Source of the DNA: a virus | Lineage: Duplodnaviria; Caudoviricetes | DNA: 64,000 bases | Strand: one strand, 5' to 3' | IMG/VR virus record: IMGVR_UViG_3300038679_000051 | Coordinates: 32,001 to 96,000 of that record | In this document: positions 32,210 through 43,139 of the stretch, in pieces | How the letters are laid out: the number at the start of each line of letters is the position of its first letter | Position numbering within the stretch: position 1 is the first letter of the stretch | Translations under genes and position numbers: made by a program | The notes under the pieces: generated by a model | Databases searched by the model: none | What the model saw: the letters and a program-made list of their open reading frames with translations, nothing else | What the model was told of the DNA's origin: nothing

Positions 32210-32571
32210 TTCTCCTTTAATGCTCTGATGCATTTTTTCAAATCGAATACGTCATCGTCGCACATCCACATTCGTTTTACGCCGGGGGGCATTTCTGACA
32301 AGTTTTCGGGCGAATCGTCGATCATTAGATCAATGCCCAATTCCGTGGCCACTCTCGATTTGAACGCTTGTGGCGTTTCGTCATTGTCGTTTGGCATGAT
32401 TAATTCGGTATAAGATATGTTATAATCATTTAGGTCGATGATTGTAGCTTCGCGACCGTCCCTATACGTAATGATATAAATCTGATGTTTTTGGATCAAT
32501 GCTTTGGTGATGATTGCAAAGAATTCCGGCATGGCAGTAATCGTATCGTCCAAATCAATGCCTATTTTCAT
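32206..32571 (-). CDS. HAD-superfamily phosphatase/nucleotidase-like protein
   Basis: IGIDLDDTIT (DxD motif I) and IDLMIDDSPENL (motif IV). Confidence 0.85.
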   Translation of the reverse strand: MKIGIDLDDTITAMPEFFAIITKALIQKHQIYIITYRDGREATIIDLNDYNISYTELIMPNDNDETPQAFKSRVATELGIDLMIDDSPENLSEMPPGVKRMWMCDDDVFDLKKCIRALKEK

Positions 32572-33460
32572 TTTTATCCTCCGCCGCGACCTCAGTTTCT
32601 CTAATCCAGACTACCCGTGGTTTGCCTTCATCGTCTCTGCGATATCGTTCATCACGTAATATGCGGAAATGCGCCCTTCGTAAATACCATGATGGCGATG
32701 GTTTGAATTTATCGCCTAGTAGGATGCAACTAGGTTTCTCACCTAACTGCATCCGTTGTTTGTCTTTAAACGTTCGTAGATCCGGTTCTCTAACGTTTAA
32801 GTAACATAACGTGCCCATGATTAGACGCATCAATGATGCCGATTGCTTTTTTTCTGCGTCGTTTAATGAGTGTCCAACTTTGAAGGCAGGCAATTCATTG
32901 ATTACGTCGTCAATGGTCTTACCTTTCGTTTCGCGCAAATCAACGTTGCTCTGATATTTCTCAGGCGGTTGTCCATACATCATCCTGAAGGCATTGCTGA
33001 CATGATCAATGCCGCCGTCTATGACCATACCGGCACGATCCAATAATTTCATAATCGTATTGGTAGTAGCTTCATCTGGTCCGACCAATACCAATAGACT
33101 GGGCACGTCGCCAATCACGTTCGGCAATCTTGTGCCACGTTCGACGCACAATTCGAACAGATGAAACGGCAATCGTAGATTGTCCAAGCATATTTCATTC
33201 ATGTTAGTATTGACTATGGATTCAGCAAGATCCTTGGTGATGCACACAACTTTATGTGAAATGGCATAATGCATTGCTTCAATAACCACTCCGAAGATCG
33301 ATGGATCATGTGCCGATGAATCATGCAATTGTTTTGCGGCTTGTATTGACAGATCGAGCACGTCTTTGCTGGTGCGCATCTTCTGTAGTCCTGCTCCTTT
33401 GATTGCTTTCCTAGCTACGTAAATCTCGCCCATGAATGGTGGAAATCGTTCCATGTTCAT
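32555..33460 (-). CDS. Hypothetical phage protein
   Basis: 301 aa; C-terminal YLRRAHFR...VVWIRETEV motif seen in large-phage proteins (recollection). Confidence 0.6.
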   Translation of the reverse strand: MNMERFPPFMGEIYVARKAIKGAGLQKMRTSKDVLDLSIQAAKQLHDSSAHDPSIFGVVIEAMHYAISHKVVCITKDLAESIVNTNMNEICLDNLRLPFHLFELCVERGTRLPNVIGDVPSLLVLVGPDEATTNTIMKLLDRAGMVIDGGIDHVSNAFRMMYGQPPEKYQSNVDLRETKGKTIDDVINELPAFKVGHSLNDAEKKQSASLMRLIMGTLCYLNVREPDLRTFKDKQRMQLGEKPSCILLGDKFKPSPSWYLRRAHFRILRDERYRRDDEGKPRVVWIRETEVAAEDKNENRH

Positions 33461-33463
33461 CTC

Positions 33464-33907
33464 CTATGGTAAAAGGGTTGTATCGGCCAATTTATCACCT
33501 CTTCTAATAGATGCACGAAGTTCTGTGCTTCTAATGAAACGGTGAGTGTTATCATTTTGTCTTACTGCTGCCAGGCATATTTCTGGCGTCTGATCCTTGA
33601 CAAATTGTAGTGCCCAACCATCTTGTTGTACTGCGGCCATACACAATTCTGGCGTCTGCTCCTTAATGCAATTCAGTGCATAACCATCTTGTCTTACTGC
33701 TGCCATACAAATTGCGGGGAATTGTTTATCTATGTTATTGCATATGTAATATAAATCTATTTCATCGTTTAATAATTTTTCGACGATCTCATAATCCGTT
33801 GTACTGCGTTCCATATTATAACCGAAAGCGCCGACGGCGGCACCATGCTTTACAATCTGGATTACGTCTTGTAATTGTTCTTTAGTTATATCCATCAGCC
33901 AGTGCAT
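33464..33907 (-). CDS. MHW-cap / DUF4116-repeat protein 4
   Basis: MHWLMDITKEQLQDVI cap plus about 2.5 repeats; third gene of a tandem trio. Confidence 0.85.
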   Translation of the reverse strand: MHWLMDITKEQLQDVIQIVKHGAAVGAFGYNMERSTTDYEIVEKLLNDEIDLYYICNNIDKQFPAICMAAVRQDGYALNCIKEQTPELCMAAVQQDGWALQFVKDQTPEICLAAVRQNDNTHRFIRSTELRASIRRGDKLADTTLLP

Positions 33908-33910
33908 TTT

Positions 33911-34663
33911 TTAACTCCTAGGCGGCACGTTCGCCGCCATATATTTAAGCGCTGGACCATATTGCTGCACCGCAGTTAAACATATTTCTGGCGTCTGTTC
34001 CTTGACATATTTAAGTGCCCCACCATCCTGTCGCACTGCTGTCATACATATTTCTGGTGTCTGATTCTTGACATATTCAAGCGCTCGACCATCTTGTTTT
34101 ATTGCTGCCATACATATCTCTGGCGTCTGACTCTTGACAAATTGCAGTGCCCAACCATTTTGTTGCACTGCTGCCATACACATTTCGGGTGTTTGCTCTC
34201 CGATGTATTTGAGTGCATGGCCTTGTTGTCTTATCGCTGCCATACGTATTTGTGCGCCATAGATGCCTTCTAATATCTGTCTTCTGACATCTTGGAGAGC
34301 ATAACCATTATCTTTTACTGCTGCCAGGCATATTTCTGGCGTCTGTTCTTTGACAAATTCAAGCGCATAGCCGTTCTGTTGTACTGCAGCCAGACATATT
34401 TCTGGTGTTTGTTCCTTGACAAGTCTGAGTGCATAACCATTTTGTTGCACGGCAGCCATGCAAATCGCTGGAAATTGTCTATTCATATGTCCCAAGATAA
34501 AATATAAATCTATCTTACCACATAACAATCTCTCAATTATGCCATGTTCCGATGTGTCTGTGATGACGGACCTATTTTCTGGAGACATAAGATCATAACC
34601 ATGCTTTGCAGTCTGGATTACGTCTTGTAATTGTTCTTTGGTTATATCCATCAGCCAATGCAT
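33911..34663 (-). CDS. MHW-cap / DUF4116-repeat protein 5
   Basis: Same cap plus about 7.5 repeats. Confidence 0.85.
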   Translation of the reverse strand: MHWLMDITKEQLQDVIQTAKHGYDLMSPENRSVITDTSEHGIIERLLCGKIDLYFILGHMNRQFPAICMAAVQQNGYALRLVKEQTPEICLAAVQQNGYALEFVKEQTPEICLAAVKDNGYALQDVRRQILEGIYGAQIRMAAIRQQGHALKYIGEQTPEMCMAAVQQNGWALQFVKSQTPEICMAAIKQDGRALEYVKNQTPEICMTAVRQDGGALKYVKEQTPEICLTAVQQYGPALKYMAANVPPRS

Positions 34664-35283
34664 TTTTTAACTCCCCACGTTTTGAATTCTTCTTTAAGAA
34701 CTGGATCTTTGATGTGTTTATATGTGCATGACATTGGGTGGCTTTGTTTCACTGCTGCCATACACATTTCTGGCGTTTGTTCCCTGACATACTTAAGTGC
34801 CCAACCATGTCGCTGTACTGCCACCATACATATTTCTAGCGTCTGTTCTTTGACATATCGAAGTACCCAACCATATTGTTTTACTGCTGTTATACATATC
34901 TCTGGCGTCTGATCCTTAACATATTGAAGTGCATGACCGTCTTGTTGTACTGCTGCCAGACATATCTCTGGTGTCTGTTCCTTAACATATTGAAGTGCAT
35001 GACCGTCTTGTTGTACTGCTGCCAGACATATCTCTGGCGTCTGTTTCTTGACACATTTAAGTGCTTTGCCGCTCACATCCTGTTTTACTGCTGCTATGCA
35101 GATTGCTGGAAATTGTTCATTCATGCTCTTACATACATAATGTAGATTTACCTCGTTGTTGAATAATTTCTCGATTATACGAACATCAGTAAGATTAGAG
35201 AGATTATGAGGCTTATAACTACGTTTCGCAGTCCGAATTACGTCTTGTAATTGTTCTTTGGTTATATCCATCAGCCAATGCAT
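34651..35283 (-). CDS. MHW-cap / DUF4116-repeat protein 6
   Basis: First 47 nt identical to those of protein 5; about 5.5 repeats. Confidence 0.85.
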   Translation of the reverse strand: MHWLMDITKEQLQDVIRTAKRSYKPHNLSNLTDVRIIEKLFNNEVNLHYVCKSMNEQFPAICIAAVKQDVSGKALKCVKKQTPEICLAAVQQDGHALQYVKEQTPEICLAAVQQDGHALQYVKDQTPEICITAVKQYGWVLRYVKEQTLEICMVAVQRHGWALKYVREQTPEMCMAAVKQSHPMSCTYKHIKDPVLKEEFKTWGVKKCIG

Positions 35284-35293
35284 GAAATCACCC

Positions 35294-35661
35294 CAATTTG
35301 AGGATGCGTCGAACGGGCCGATTTCATATTATGATTTTTTCTTAGTTGGTTTTCTCTTGGTTTTTCGTTTAGTTTGTGCGGATCGCATCATGGCCGTATC
35401 ATATCCGGCCATGATGGCATTGGCAAACCAACCAATCATCAATCCGCGCTGGTCCTGCACTATGCCTTCCTTAGTGAAGACGCTAAATCTTTTGCAGAAT
35501 TCCGAAGTCCATTTCTGTGCATCCAACGTGTGCGGCCAACGTTGTTTCTCCGTTTCGATCATCACTTTTATCCACCCATCTGGACCACATTGCTTTTTGC
35601 GCTGCCGTTGCTTTTTCATGTCTTGTTCCTTTCACAATTTGAGGATGCGTCGGGTGGGCCG
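35294..35661. repeat. Direct repeat pair flanking gene 35329-35619
   Basis: caatttgaggatgcgtcg-NNN-gggccg at 35294-35320 and 35635-35661. Confidence 0.85.
35329..35619 (-). CDS. Hypothetical protein
   Basis: AAAGGA RBS; DAQKWTSEF...MIGWFANAIMAGYD. Confidence 0.65.
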   Translation of the reverse strand: MKKQRQRKKQCGPDGWIKVMIETEKQRWPHTLDAQKWTSEFCKRFSVFTKEGIVQDQRGLMIGWFANAIMAGYDTAMMRSAQTKRKTKRKPTKKKS

Positions 35662-35922
35662 GCGTTTGTCTTGTTTTACTTTTGTCCGTTTTGCCAATTC
35701 AGCCTCATAAATATGAAGATTAAGATGTCGTGCCGCCTCCTTCCCAATGACAAAGGTTTCGTCATATCAATGATCATCTGGGAATGAGCCGCCACCGGAT
35801 CTCAACGTAATTCCGGCGACGGCTCTTTTCCTAATCATCCTTATTGTATTGATTAAGTGCTGATCACTCATTTCTGAGATTTTTATGATCGTCCCATCTC
35901 TCGTCTCGTGCTCATATTCCAT
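35632..35922 (-). pseudogene. 96-codon phage gene interrupted by one in-frame TGA (35767-35769)
   Basis: MEYEHETRDGTIIKISEMSDQHLINTIRMIRKRAVAGITLRSGGGSFPDDH*YDETFVIG...RRILKL; the frame stays open for 44 codons after the TGA. AAAGGA RBS. Confidence 0.7.
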
Positions 35923-35939
35923 GTCGACGATCCTTTGAA

Positions 35940-38814
35940 TTATTTTAACGTAATGACGTCGTCCGACACCGTAATTCTGCGTCCTTTCACCAAGCGCATC
36001 AACGTATAATGAAAAGCCTCCATTTCATTGCGGCCTTTTGCCCAACGACCGGCGACCAATGACACTGGAACGGTGTTAGTTCCGTCTTGCATGCTACGCG
36101 AGATGACCTTGAATAACCTATCCTTGTCTGATACGGTTTGACTCTGAATCTTGCGACTCTTGCGGCCCCTGCGGCCCCTGCGGCCCCTGCCGTTCTCGCT
36201 CTTGCTTTTGTTCTTACCTCGTGTCCGTCTGGTCTGGCGCATTTCATCAACGTCGATGTTGATGTTGAGACTTGCCGCAATTTCATTGATTTCATTGAGA
36301 GCAGCGACATGTTTGCTCCGTTCGAGTTTCAGATCTTCCAGATTTTTCTTCAATTCAGCGATCATTTGCTTGTGCATCGTTCTTCTCCCTATCTTGGGCG
36401 TCTCGCGCCACATTTTGTGCGTTGAACGTCCACACGCTCAACGTTGTCGGCTTTTCTTTCGCGCCACATTTTGTTCAATGTCATCGATTAATGCATCCAT
36501 GCGCCTACATATTTGGCCATAATGAACTTTCATCCATTTTTTATCCAATTTCAGTGCATTTATCTGGCGTTTCGCATTCGCACTCTTAGGTAATTGATCG
36601 TAATTTACGAACGCATGTGATTCACGCGAAATGAGTCTAGCCCAAGCATCATATTTAGGTGATTTCATCTCCATACCTCGTTTTTAACGACATGGGTTGA
36701 ATTCGTAAATCATTTTCTCTTTTTGATTTTTATTGCGGTCCATCTACCATCGACATACTTAAACGGTCGATCGTGCCGTTCAGTGGTTACTGTGATCGTT
36801 GCATCTTCACATTTTGCCGAAATGCCGTCGATTTTTTCTACGCTGATGTTCTGCACTGCGAGCAATTCTTTTACTTGGTCTGGAAGCTTCTCGAACGTGA
36901 TCTCACCCATGGTCATCATCTCCCTTATCAAAATGTAATTGTTGATTTTAAGGTGCCGTTTCATCCAAACGTGCCTGATGTCAAAGAAATCAGTGGCCAT
37001 CTTAGCGTAGGCAATGCGTTCCGATTCATCCGAATGTTTAATTGATCGTCTACAAAACAATGCGCGTTCCTCAGCCATGTCCGCAAGATGTAAAATTATG
37101 TCATTGGCCTCGACCAATTTGTTTGATTTAAATAGATCCAATGCCGTGCGATGCATTAATGTCACGTCTTTCGTCCATACGTCCATCATGTTCATTGTTG
37201 ATTCTCCTAGGTTACGTTTATTAATACGTCTACATCAATCACTAAAAACAGAAAACGTCAAACTTTTTTCCGTCTTGTGTCACACACCTCAACTGTGACA
37301 TCGCCATGCTGCATGGTGACGACGCTGCCATGATCACCGATCATACATGAGTATTGACCGGGATGTCGTTTAGACAACAGATAAATCATGGCTTGATCCG
37401 GATGCATGCTGTCATTATGATTCTTATCAGAAATGAACATAAACTGTTTTGACGACGGAAAGATGTCAAGATATGTAATGTAATCGTCGTCGGTTTTGAA
37501 GATGATGCTGTGCAAATCGTCTGCCGACCAAATGCGATGCGACCCTAGTTTAAGTCCAATGCCAGTGCCCTCAAAATAGGTATTTAATATGAATTTTGTA
37601 AATCCGTCAAACGTATCAACGTCTTCGGCAACAATTTTGTTGAATTTTATCTTTTTGAGGTATTTCTCAAATGCATCACAATGTTTCATGTCTCGTGGTC
37701 GTGGTTTAATTATCTTCATAAGTAATGCATTTCTCCCCGCGTCTCTCAATGCGACGCATTTCGTCGCATATGTCCAAGGCCCTGTCGGCGGCGTCCAGAT
37801 AATCATAACCTTCAGCGATGGCCATGTCAAGTACTTTTCGTTGCAATGCTCTTTTAGCATGCTCTGAAAGCTTCATCCAATTCATGTGGATGTCTAAAAA
37901 TTTGTACATCTTCCTTTCTCTCTCTTTTGGGTCCGTTATGGCAGATGCCTGAATTTCATCTGGATCATATTCCATTTATTATCTCCTTTCAGTTGTTCTT
38001 GCACCGTCTTAGAAGGTGGTTCATCTAGGTCATCTTCTTTTTGATGGCTAATTGTTCACGTAATTGTTCCAATCGCAATAAGAAAATCAGACACGCACGG
38101 ACCATCATGTCCTGACCTCTGACTGTATTGTTTGCTTCATGATATGCTGCTGCATAACTACAGACGGCATATACTTCATCTTTCCCGTATGAATACAGTT
38201 CGTTGAGACGTGTCATGATCTGACTTCTTCGTCGATTCCAGATTTTCAGATTTTCGTATGGCGATTTGCGTGCACACAGAACGTATTCGAAAATTACCAG
38301 CCCCATTAATCTTCTGTCGGTCATCGTCGCTTGATATTTTTCATAATCAAACCAATGGTCTTCTATTGGATCTTTGATAACGACGCCGACTTCCCTTTCT
38401 TTGATTTCACACATCCAATCTGGATGATACGGTTCCGGTGCATCATATGCGACCGTATTTTGTTTCAGTCCGTCATACCACTCTTTGGTTGCATATTCAT
38501 GATTGAATCGACATTCGAAACAATAACATTGTCCTCTGATTCCAAACAAGGGATTGTCTGCCTGTGGCGTACCATATTCTCCAACGTAGATGCCACATTT
38601 GGTGCAATGCGTCGTCCGTTTGGCCATTCTATCGGATCTCGACATTTTTCACACCCTCAATCAGTTTTAGAGTCAATTCTACGCCGGACACGCGGATTTG
38701 TAACATGTCTGCCCTCCGACGTTCTCTTGGATTAGTGGAGAATTTTAGCTTCATTATTTCCGATTGCATTCGTCGTCGCACTGCGTTGATTGCGCTGATG
38801 ATTCTAGGATTCAT
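35940..38814 (-). other. Run of hypothetical genes (35940-36377, 36438-36674, 36710-37195, 37258-37860, 37706-37975, 38025-38645, 38629-38814)
   Basis: Co-oriented ORFs. 35940 has a coiled coil, a GRR tract (tgcggcccc x3) and a possible winged-helix C-terminus. Confidence 0.55.
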
Positions 38815-39377
38815 TGGGATTTCCTTTCTAGGAATTCCTTCTGGAGTCTTTTTCTGAGTTCAACGTCTTTGACATGATTGATTGCCGATCTGCCATGTCG
38901 TTTTACTGCTTCTCTGCACAATTCGGGTGTTTGTTTGATGAATTGCATCGCCCAATCACCGTCCGGACCTTCTATGGCCAATTTACACAATTCTGGCGTC
39001 TTCCTCTTCTCCTCTAAGTATGCTATCGCACCACCATTCTGTGTTATGGCCGCCCTATAGAGTTCAGGCGTCAGGTATCGCCGATGCACATTGCTTAATG
39101 CCATTCCATTTTGTTTTACTGCCATCATGCATAATTCTGGCGTCTGCTTCGGGACATATTTTATGTGTTGACCATCGGTCATAATTGCTGCCATACACAA
39201 TGCTGGAAATCGTTGACCTGGTCTTAAATTATCTATTAAAATATTCCAATTAATCTCGTCCTTAAGCAACATTTCTACTAAAACCGCATCGTCCATGTTC
39301 TCATACTCCTTATTTTTCTTTAATACTCGGAGTATGTCTTGTAACTGTTTCTTGGTCACTTCCATCATCCAATGCAT
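38811..39377 (-). CDS. MHW-cap / DUF4116-repeat protein 7 (more divergent repeats)
   Basis: MHWMMEVTKKQL cap plus about 4.5 repeats. Confidence 0.85.
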   Translation of the reverse strand: MHWMMEVTKKQLQDILRVLKKNKEYENMDDAVLVEMLLKDEINWNILIDNLRPGQRFPALCMAAIMTDGQHIKYVPKQTPELCMMAVKQNGMALSNVHRRYLTPELYRAAITQNGGAIAYLEEKRKTPELCKLAIEGPDGDWAMQFIKQTPELCREAVKRHGRSAINHVKDVELRKRLQKEFLERKSQ

Positions 39378-41166
39378 TATTGTTCACTTTTTTCGTCTTT
39401 AGCATAGGCGTAATTTTTGCGAAGTTCAGCTATTATTTTATTATTTTCGATGGTTATCTGATCTACATATCGTGCGATTGCCGACGCCAATCGTACCGGT
39501 TTCAGTCTTTCAAGTGGGATGGATTCACGATCGAAATTGCCGCTGATGTCGAGTGTATGGTCGGTTATCGTAATAACGACTACGTGACGCCAATTCATTT
39601 TGATGGTGCACTGTGATTTCGAGACGTCTATGTCAAATGGGGTTTTGGCTTTCAATAAGATTTCTGATTTTAACACTTCCAATAATGCATTTGGTTGTTC
39701 AGGTTCATTTGACATCTTTCCCTCCTTATTCTTTGCATTCTACGTAACCTTTTGATTGCCATCGTAACATCAGTTTGTTCAAATGTTTCTCATTTCTGAT
39801 TGAGTATTTCTGTCCGCCTTTCACTCTCTTGTGTTCTCTGATGGCTGTCAGGGCAGCGTCTTCCTCCTCTGCGGTCATAGTAGAGAATATGATGAATTTA
39901 CTGTCGTTTATCAATGCGATGTGATTGGTGATGCCGCCCATTTGTCCGGATTTCAACCAATGTCTGTAATTCGTCACTTTGACGGTCGGCACCTGAAAGA
40001 TGCGGGTATAATGCATCTTACGAGTCTTGTCTCTGTCTCTGATATACACCCATGGCAGATTGATCCTATCTACGACAAATATGTCATCACCCTGGCCGTC
40101 GACTTCCGATATGGTCACTAACATGTATCGTTCAAGATTTGTCTTCATTTTTGCATCCTTTATCAAAGAGTGCATTGAATGAACTGAATATTTTGAGGCA
40201 TTCCTCACTCGCTTCAATTCGTTCAATGGCGAGTTCCTTCGTGCGTTCAATGCTGGCATCCATGCGTTTCAGTTCATCTTGGCGTTTAATCAATGTGTCA
40301 GCCTGTGCTTCTGATTGTGTCAGGCATTCAGCTAAATCCGCCTCCTGCGGTTTAATCACTTCTTCTACCCACAACCCCCACAACCGTTTCATTTCATCTT
40401 CACAAGCCGTTTCCCAGTCTTGTCCACTTAAGATGATTTCTTTGGTCAGTAAATTTCGACCATATTTCAATTCGGTTTCAGTCGGGAGCTTCAGACTGTA
40501 ATCGGTCTCTCTTACTTTGTCCGGCACTTCTGGCGACCACCTATAAATCATTGGTCTGCTTGATACTTCCGCCGCTGGAAAGACCTTCTTGGGTAATGAA
40601 TAAGTACCAATTTCATCTTTATGACGCAGTTTGCAGCGTTCGCTCCAACAGAATTCTTCCCATGATAGGGGTCGCCAACAAGCATGTAATTTGAATTCCT
40701 CGAACTCCAATCCAGTTGCCTTGCGCAGACCTTCAAGTCCGAACATTGCATTGCCGACCCCAGTTTGGTCGTTCGCACCGACAAGATGTTTGGCACCGTA
40801 TGCCCAACCGATGAACGTCCAAAACCTTGCTTTGAACGTTTCCCATTTCTGACGTGATGGACTATGTGCATTACGCCATTCGGCCAGCGATGCGTCGTTT
40901 TCGTGTACGCATTTGAATTCCAATCCGATCTCTTTGTGGATGAACTTTCGATAGAACTTGCTGATGAAATCCAATCGTTTACAGTCTCTCTCATTTGGTC
41001 CGACGACGTTTAGCTCAAGACCGTTGTAATGTGCCGCCTGGTAGAATTGTAAAAATCTTGATAAGGTTTTCGGCGAGATGATTTCCTCATAATTCAATCC
41101 AGCATATGCCATTGCACCGGATTGCCAAGCCATGATCGTGTCATGTGTGTTGCTAAACGTTGGCAT
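39377..41166 (-). other. Three hypothetical genes (39377-39715, 39726-40148, 40132-41166)
   Basis: Co-oriented, overlapping ORFs with RBSs. Confidence 0.6.
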
Positions 41167-42232
41167 CAGACCTCCTTTCCAACTCTGCCGTCACTCTTGC
41201 CATTATGGTGCCACGCAATTCGTTCTTTAATCGTAATCGTCGGTCGTTGGCCTCGGCTTGTTCTTTTGACAATTCATCGGACTGTTCACCGGCCATGATT
41301 CTGGCCTCATTCATCATGTCTTTTTTATTCTTTTTCTTTCGTTCAATGCGTTGCCGTTTGTGCTCACTGACTTTTTGCGTCGTATCGAGAATTTTGTCCA
41401 CCACGTCTCTGCCAAGCACGCGGTCCACGTCCTCGCGTGGGTATTCCTCAAGAATGATGGTTATGGCACGACCTTTCAATTTGTCAATCGTCATGTGGAT
41501 CATCTGTCGGCTGACTTTACGATTTCTGGCGATGTCGACCGGTTGCAACCCAGTCAGTAAGTCGTTTACGATCTCTTTCTGGTCTGGACTTTTGGCAGAT
41601 TCATGCATTGCTTCAAAGAGACGTTTAGTCATTGCTTTCAACTCTTCCGGCATTCCCTTATCCACAAGATCAAGCTTGTACTGATCATCTTTATCCTTGT
41701 CGAGCGGATCAATCTGTACCATCATTGGGGGCAATTTATGTTTGAGATTGTAATCACAAGATGGACATTTTACCGTACCGTCTGCATTTGGGATGGCAGC
41801 CATTCCGACGTTGTGATTTTCACAATTTGGATTGGTACAGAACCATCGTTTCTTCAATGGGACTCTCATCAAGCTGCGATGATATTTTGCCCGTTGACAG
41901 ATTTGACGGACCCATCTCCTACTGAATCCCTCCATTGTAATTGTCGGCATCCACTTGTCGGTTAAGGCGGCACGCCACAATGCATATATGGCATTGGCTT
42001 TCATCTCTTCGAAGGAGATTTTGGGATTGGAATATCTCCTTGATTCGCGTTCGATCATGCTCATGCACAACTTGATGCGTTCTTCCATTTCATCGTCTGG
42101 CACCAGTCGGATCGTCCTGATACCCTCTGCTTGGAGACGTTTCGATTCGTCTTCGGTCAGCAATCGTCCGGCTTCATCCATATATTGTGGATTGATTGGT
42201 TTTTCCGTCAACGTATTTCTTCGTGTGGTCAT
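41153..42232 (-). CDS. Sigma-70-like transcription factor with inserted zinc ribbon
   Basis: Region-2-like LCMSMIERESRRYS...FEEMKANAIYALWRAA...FSRRWVRQ; CTNPNC...CPSC; region-4 HTH LLTGLQPVDIARNRKVSRQMIHMTIDKLK. Confidence 0.65.
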   Translation of the reverse strand: MTTRRNTLTEKPINPQYMDEAGRLLTEDESKRLQAEGIRTIRLVPDDEMEERIKLCMSMIERESRRYSNPKISFEEMKANAIYALWRAALTDKWMPTITMEGFSRRWVRQICQRAKYHRSLMRVPLKKRWFCTNPNCENHNVGMAAIPNADGTVKCPSCDYNLKHKLPPMMVQIDPLDKDKDDQYKLDLVDKGMPEELKAMTKRLFEAMHESAKSPDQKEIVNDLLTGLQPVDIARNRKVSRQMIHMTIDKLKGRAITIILEEYPREDVDRVLGRDVVDKILDTTQKVSEHKRQRIERKKKNKKDMMNEARIMAGEQSDELSKEQAEANDRRLRLKNELRGTIMARVTAELERRSDANV

Positions 42233-42302
42233 CCCGACTTCCTCTTGCATTTGTAACCCTCCATTCTCACATTACGTCATTTCCTTTTATCAATGTTTTC
42301 AC

Positions 42303-42323
42303 ATTTGTCAATTCTTGACAAAT
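42303..42323. promoter_or_regulatory. Palindrome containing back-to-back TTGACA hexamers upstream of the sigma-like gene
   Basis: ATTTGTCAA-TTC-TTGACAAAT. Confidence 0.5.
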
Positions 42324-42330
42324 AAACGAC

Positions 42331-42363
42331 AGCAACGCGAGGGAGAATCCCCCTCGCGTTGCT
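42331..42363. terminator. GC-rich hairpin (terminator or REP-like)
   Basis: 13-bp perfect stem AGCAACGCGAGGG/CCCTCGCGTTGCT, directly downstream of gene 42389-43060. Confidence 0.6.
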
Positions 42364-42388
42364 ACCCCCCCCTGCTATTTTATTTATG

Positions 42389-43060
42389 TTAATCTGGTTT
42401 TAAAGAAGGACTGTATTTCTTGACAAATCCCATCGTTTCAAGGACTTTTGCCTTTTTATCTACATCAGCGTCAATGAAGCGTCGTTCGTGCAGTTCTTTG
42501 GTGGTAAAGAGCGTCACATTAATCGCGAACAACTCATTGAATCTTTCCGGGCCACCAACTGCTTCGATGATTTTCCGCAACGTTTCGTCATCCTGTCCTT
42601 CTTTCTTCAGAGCGATTGAATACTTGGTAGAGAAGAATCTATCTACCTCATCACCAAATGCTTTCTTGGCTTCATCCAAGACTTCATTGACTTTGGCTGC
42701 GGTTTCTTCGCCAGCACCCTTGACCACCGTTTGGTGCAATTCGTTGTATTGTACGTAGCAGAGAAGCTTGTCGTTCAGTTTGACGGAGCCTTTGTAGCCG
42801 CTACCGTCACGACAGGCTTTCTTGTGCTCACCTTCGATGCTCTTAGCGATGATGCCTTTGAATTGTTCCTTCCGTCCCTCGGCATCTTTGAAGTCCTCGG
42901 CCGCTTTAATGAAGCCATCAACGGCCATGTCCAGATCGGGAAGATTGATGCGTGGTTTTTCTTCTTTTGCCTTACTGGAAGACGGTGCAGCTTTCTTGAT
43001 CAAACCACCTAATACGCCACCGAGCGGTGCACTTTTGTCTGACTTTTTGTCTTTAGCCAT
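42389..43060 (-). CDS. Hypothetical protein
   Basis: 223 aa, GAGGAG RBS, strongly biased codon use. Confidence 0.7.
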   Translation of the reverse strand: MAKDKKSDKSAPLGGVLGGLIKKAAPSSSKAKEEKPRINLPDLDMAVDGFIKAAEDFKDAEGRKEQFKGIIAKSIEGEHKKACRDGSGYKGSVKLNDKLLCYVQYNELHQTVVKGAGEETAAKVNEVLDEAKKAFGDEVDRFFSTKYSIALKKEGQDDETLRKIIEAVGGPERFNELFAINVTLFTTKELHERRFIDADVDKKAKVLETMGFVKKYSPSLKPD

Positions 43061-43098
43061 GTTCGTTTTCTCCTCTGATTCTCAGCCATTATGTAATC

Positions 43099-43122
43099 AT
43101 TTCATGCCACATGGCATGAAAT
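43099..43122. promoter_or_regulatory. 24-bp palindrome (operator-like)
   Basis: ATTTCATGCCA-CA-TGGCATGAAAT in the intergenic gap. Confidence 0.5.
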
Positions 43123-43139
43123 TTTACATCAGGTAGAAA

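Noticed and set aside
36159-36192. tgcggcccc x3 microsatellite as a regulatory repeat
   Set aside because: It is in frame and encodes a GRR basic tract of gene 35940-36377.
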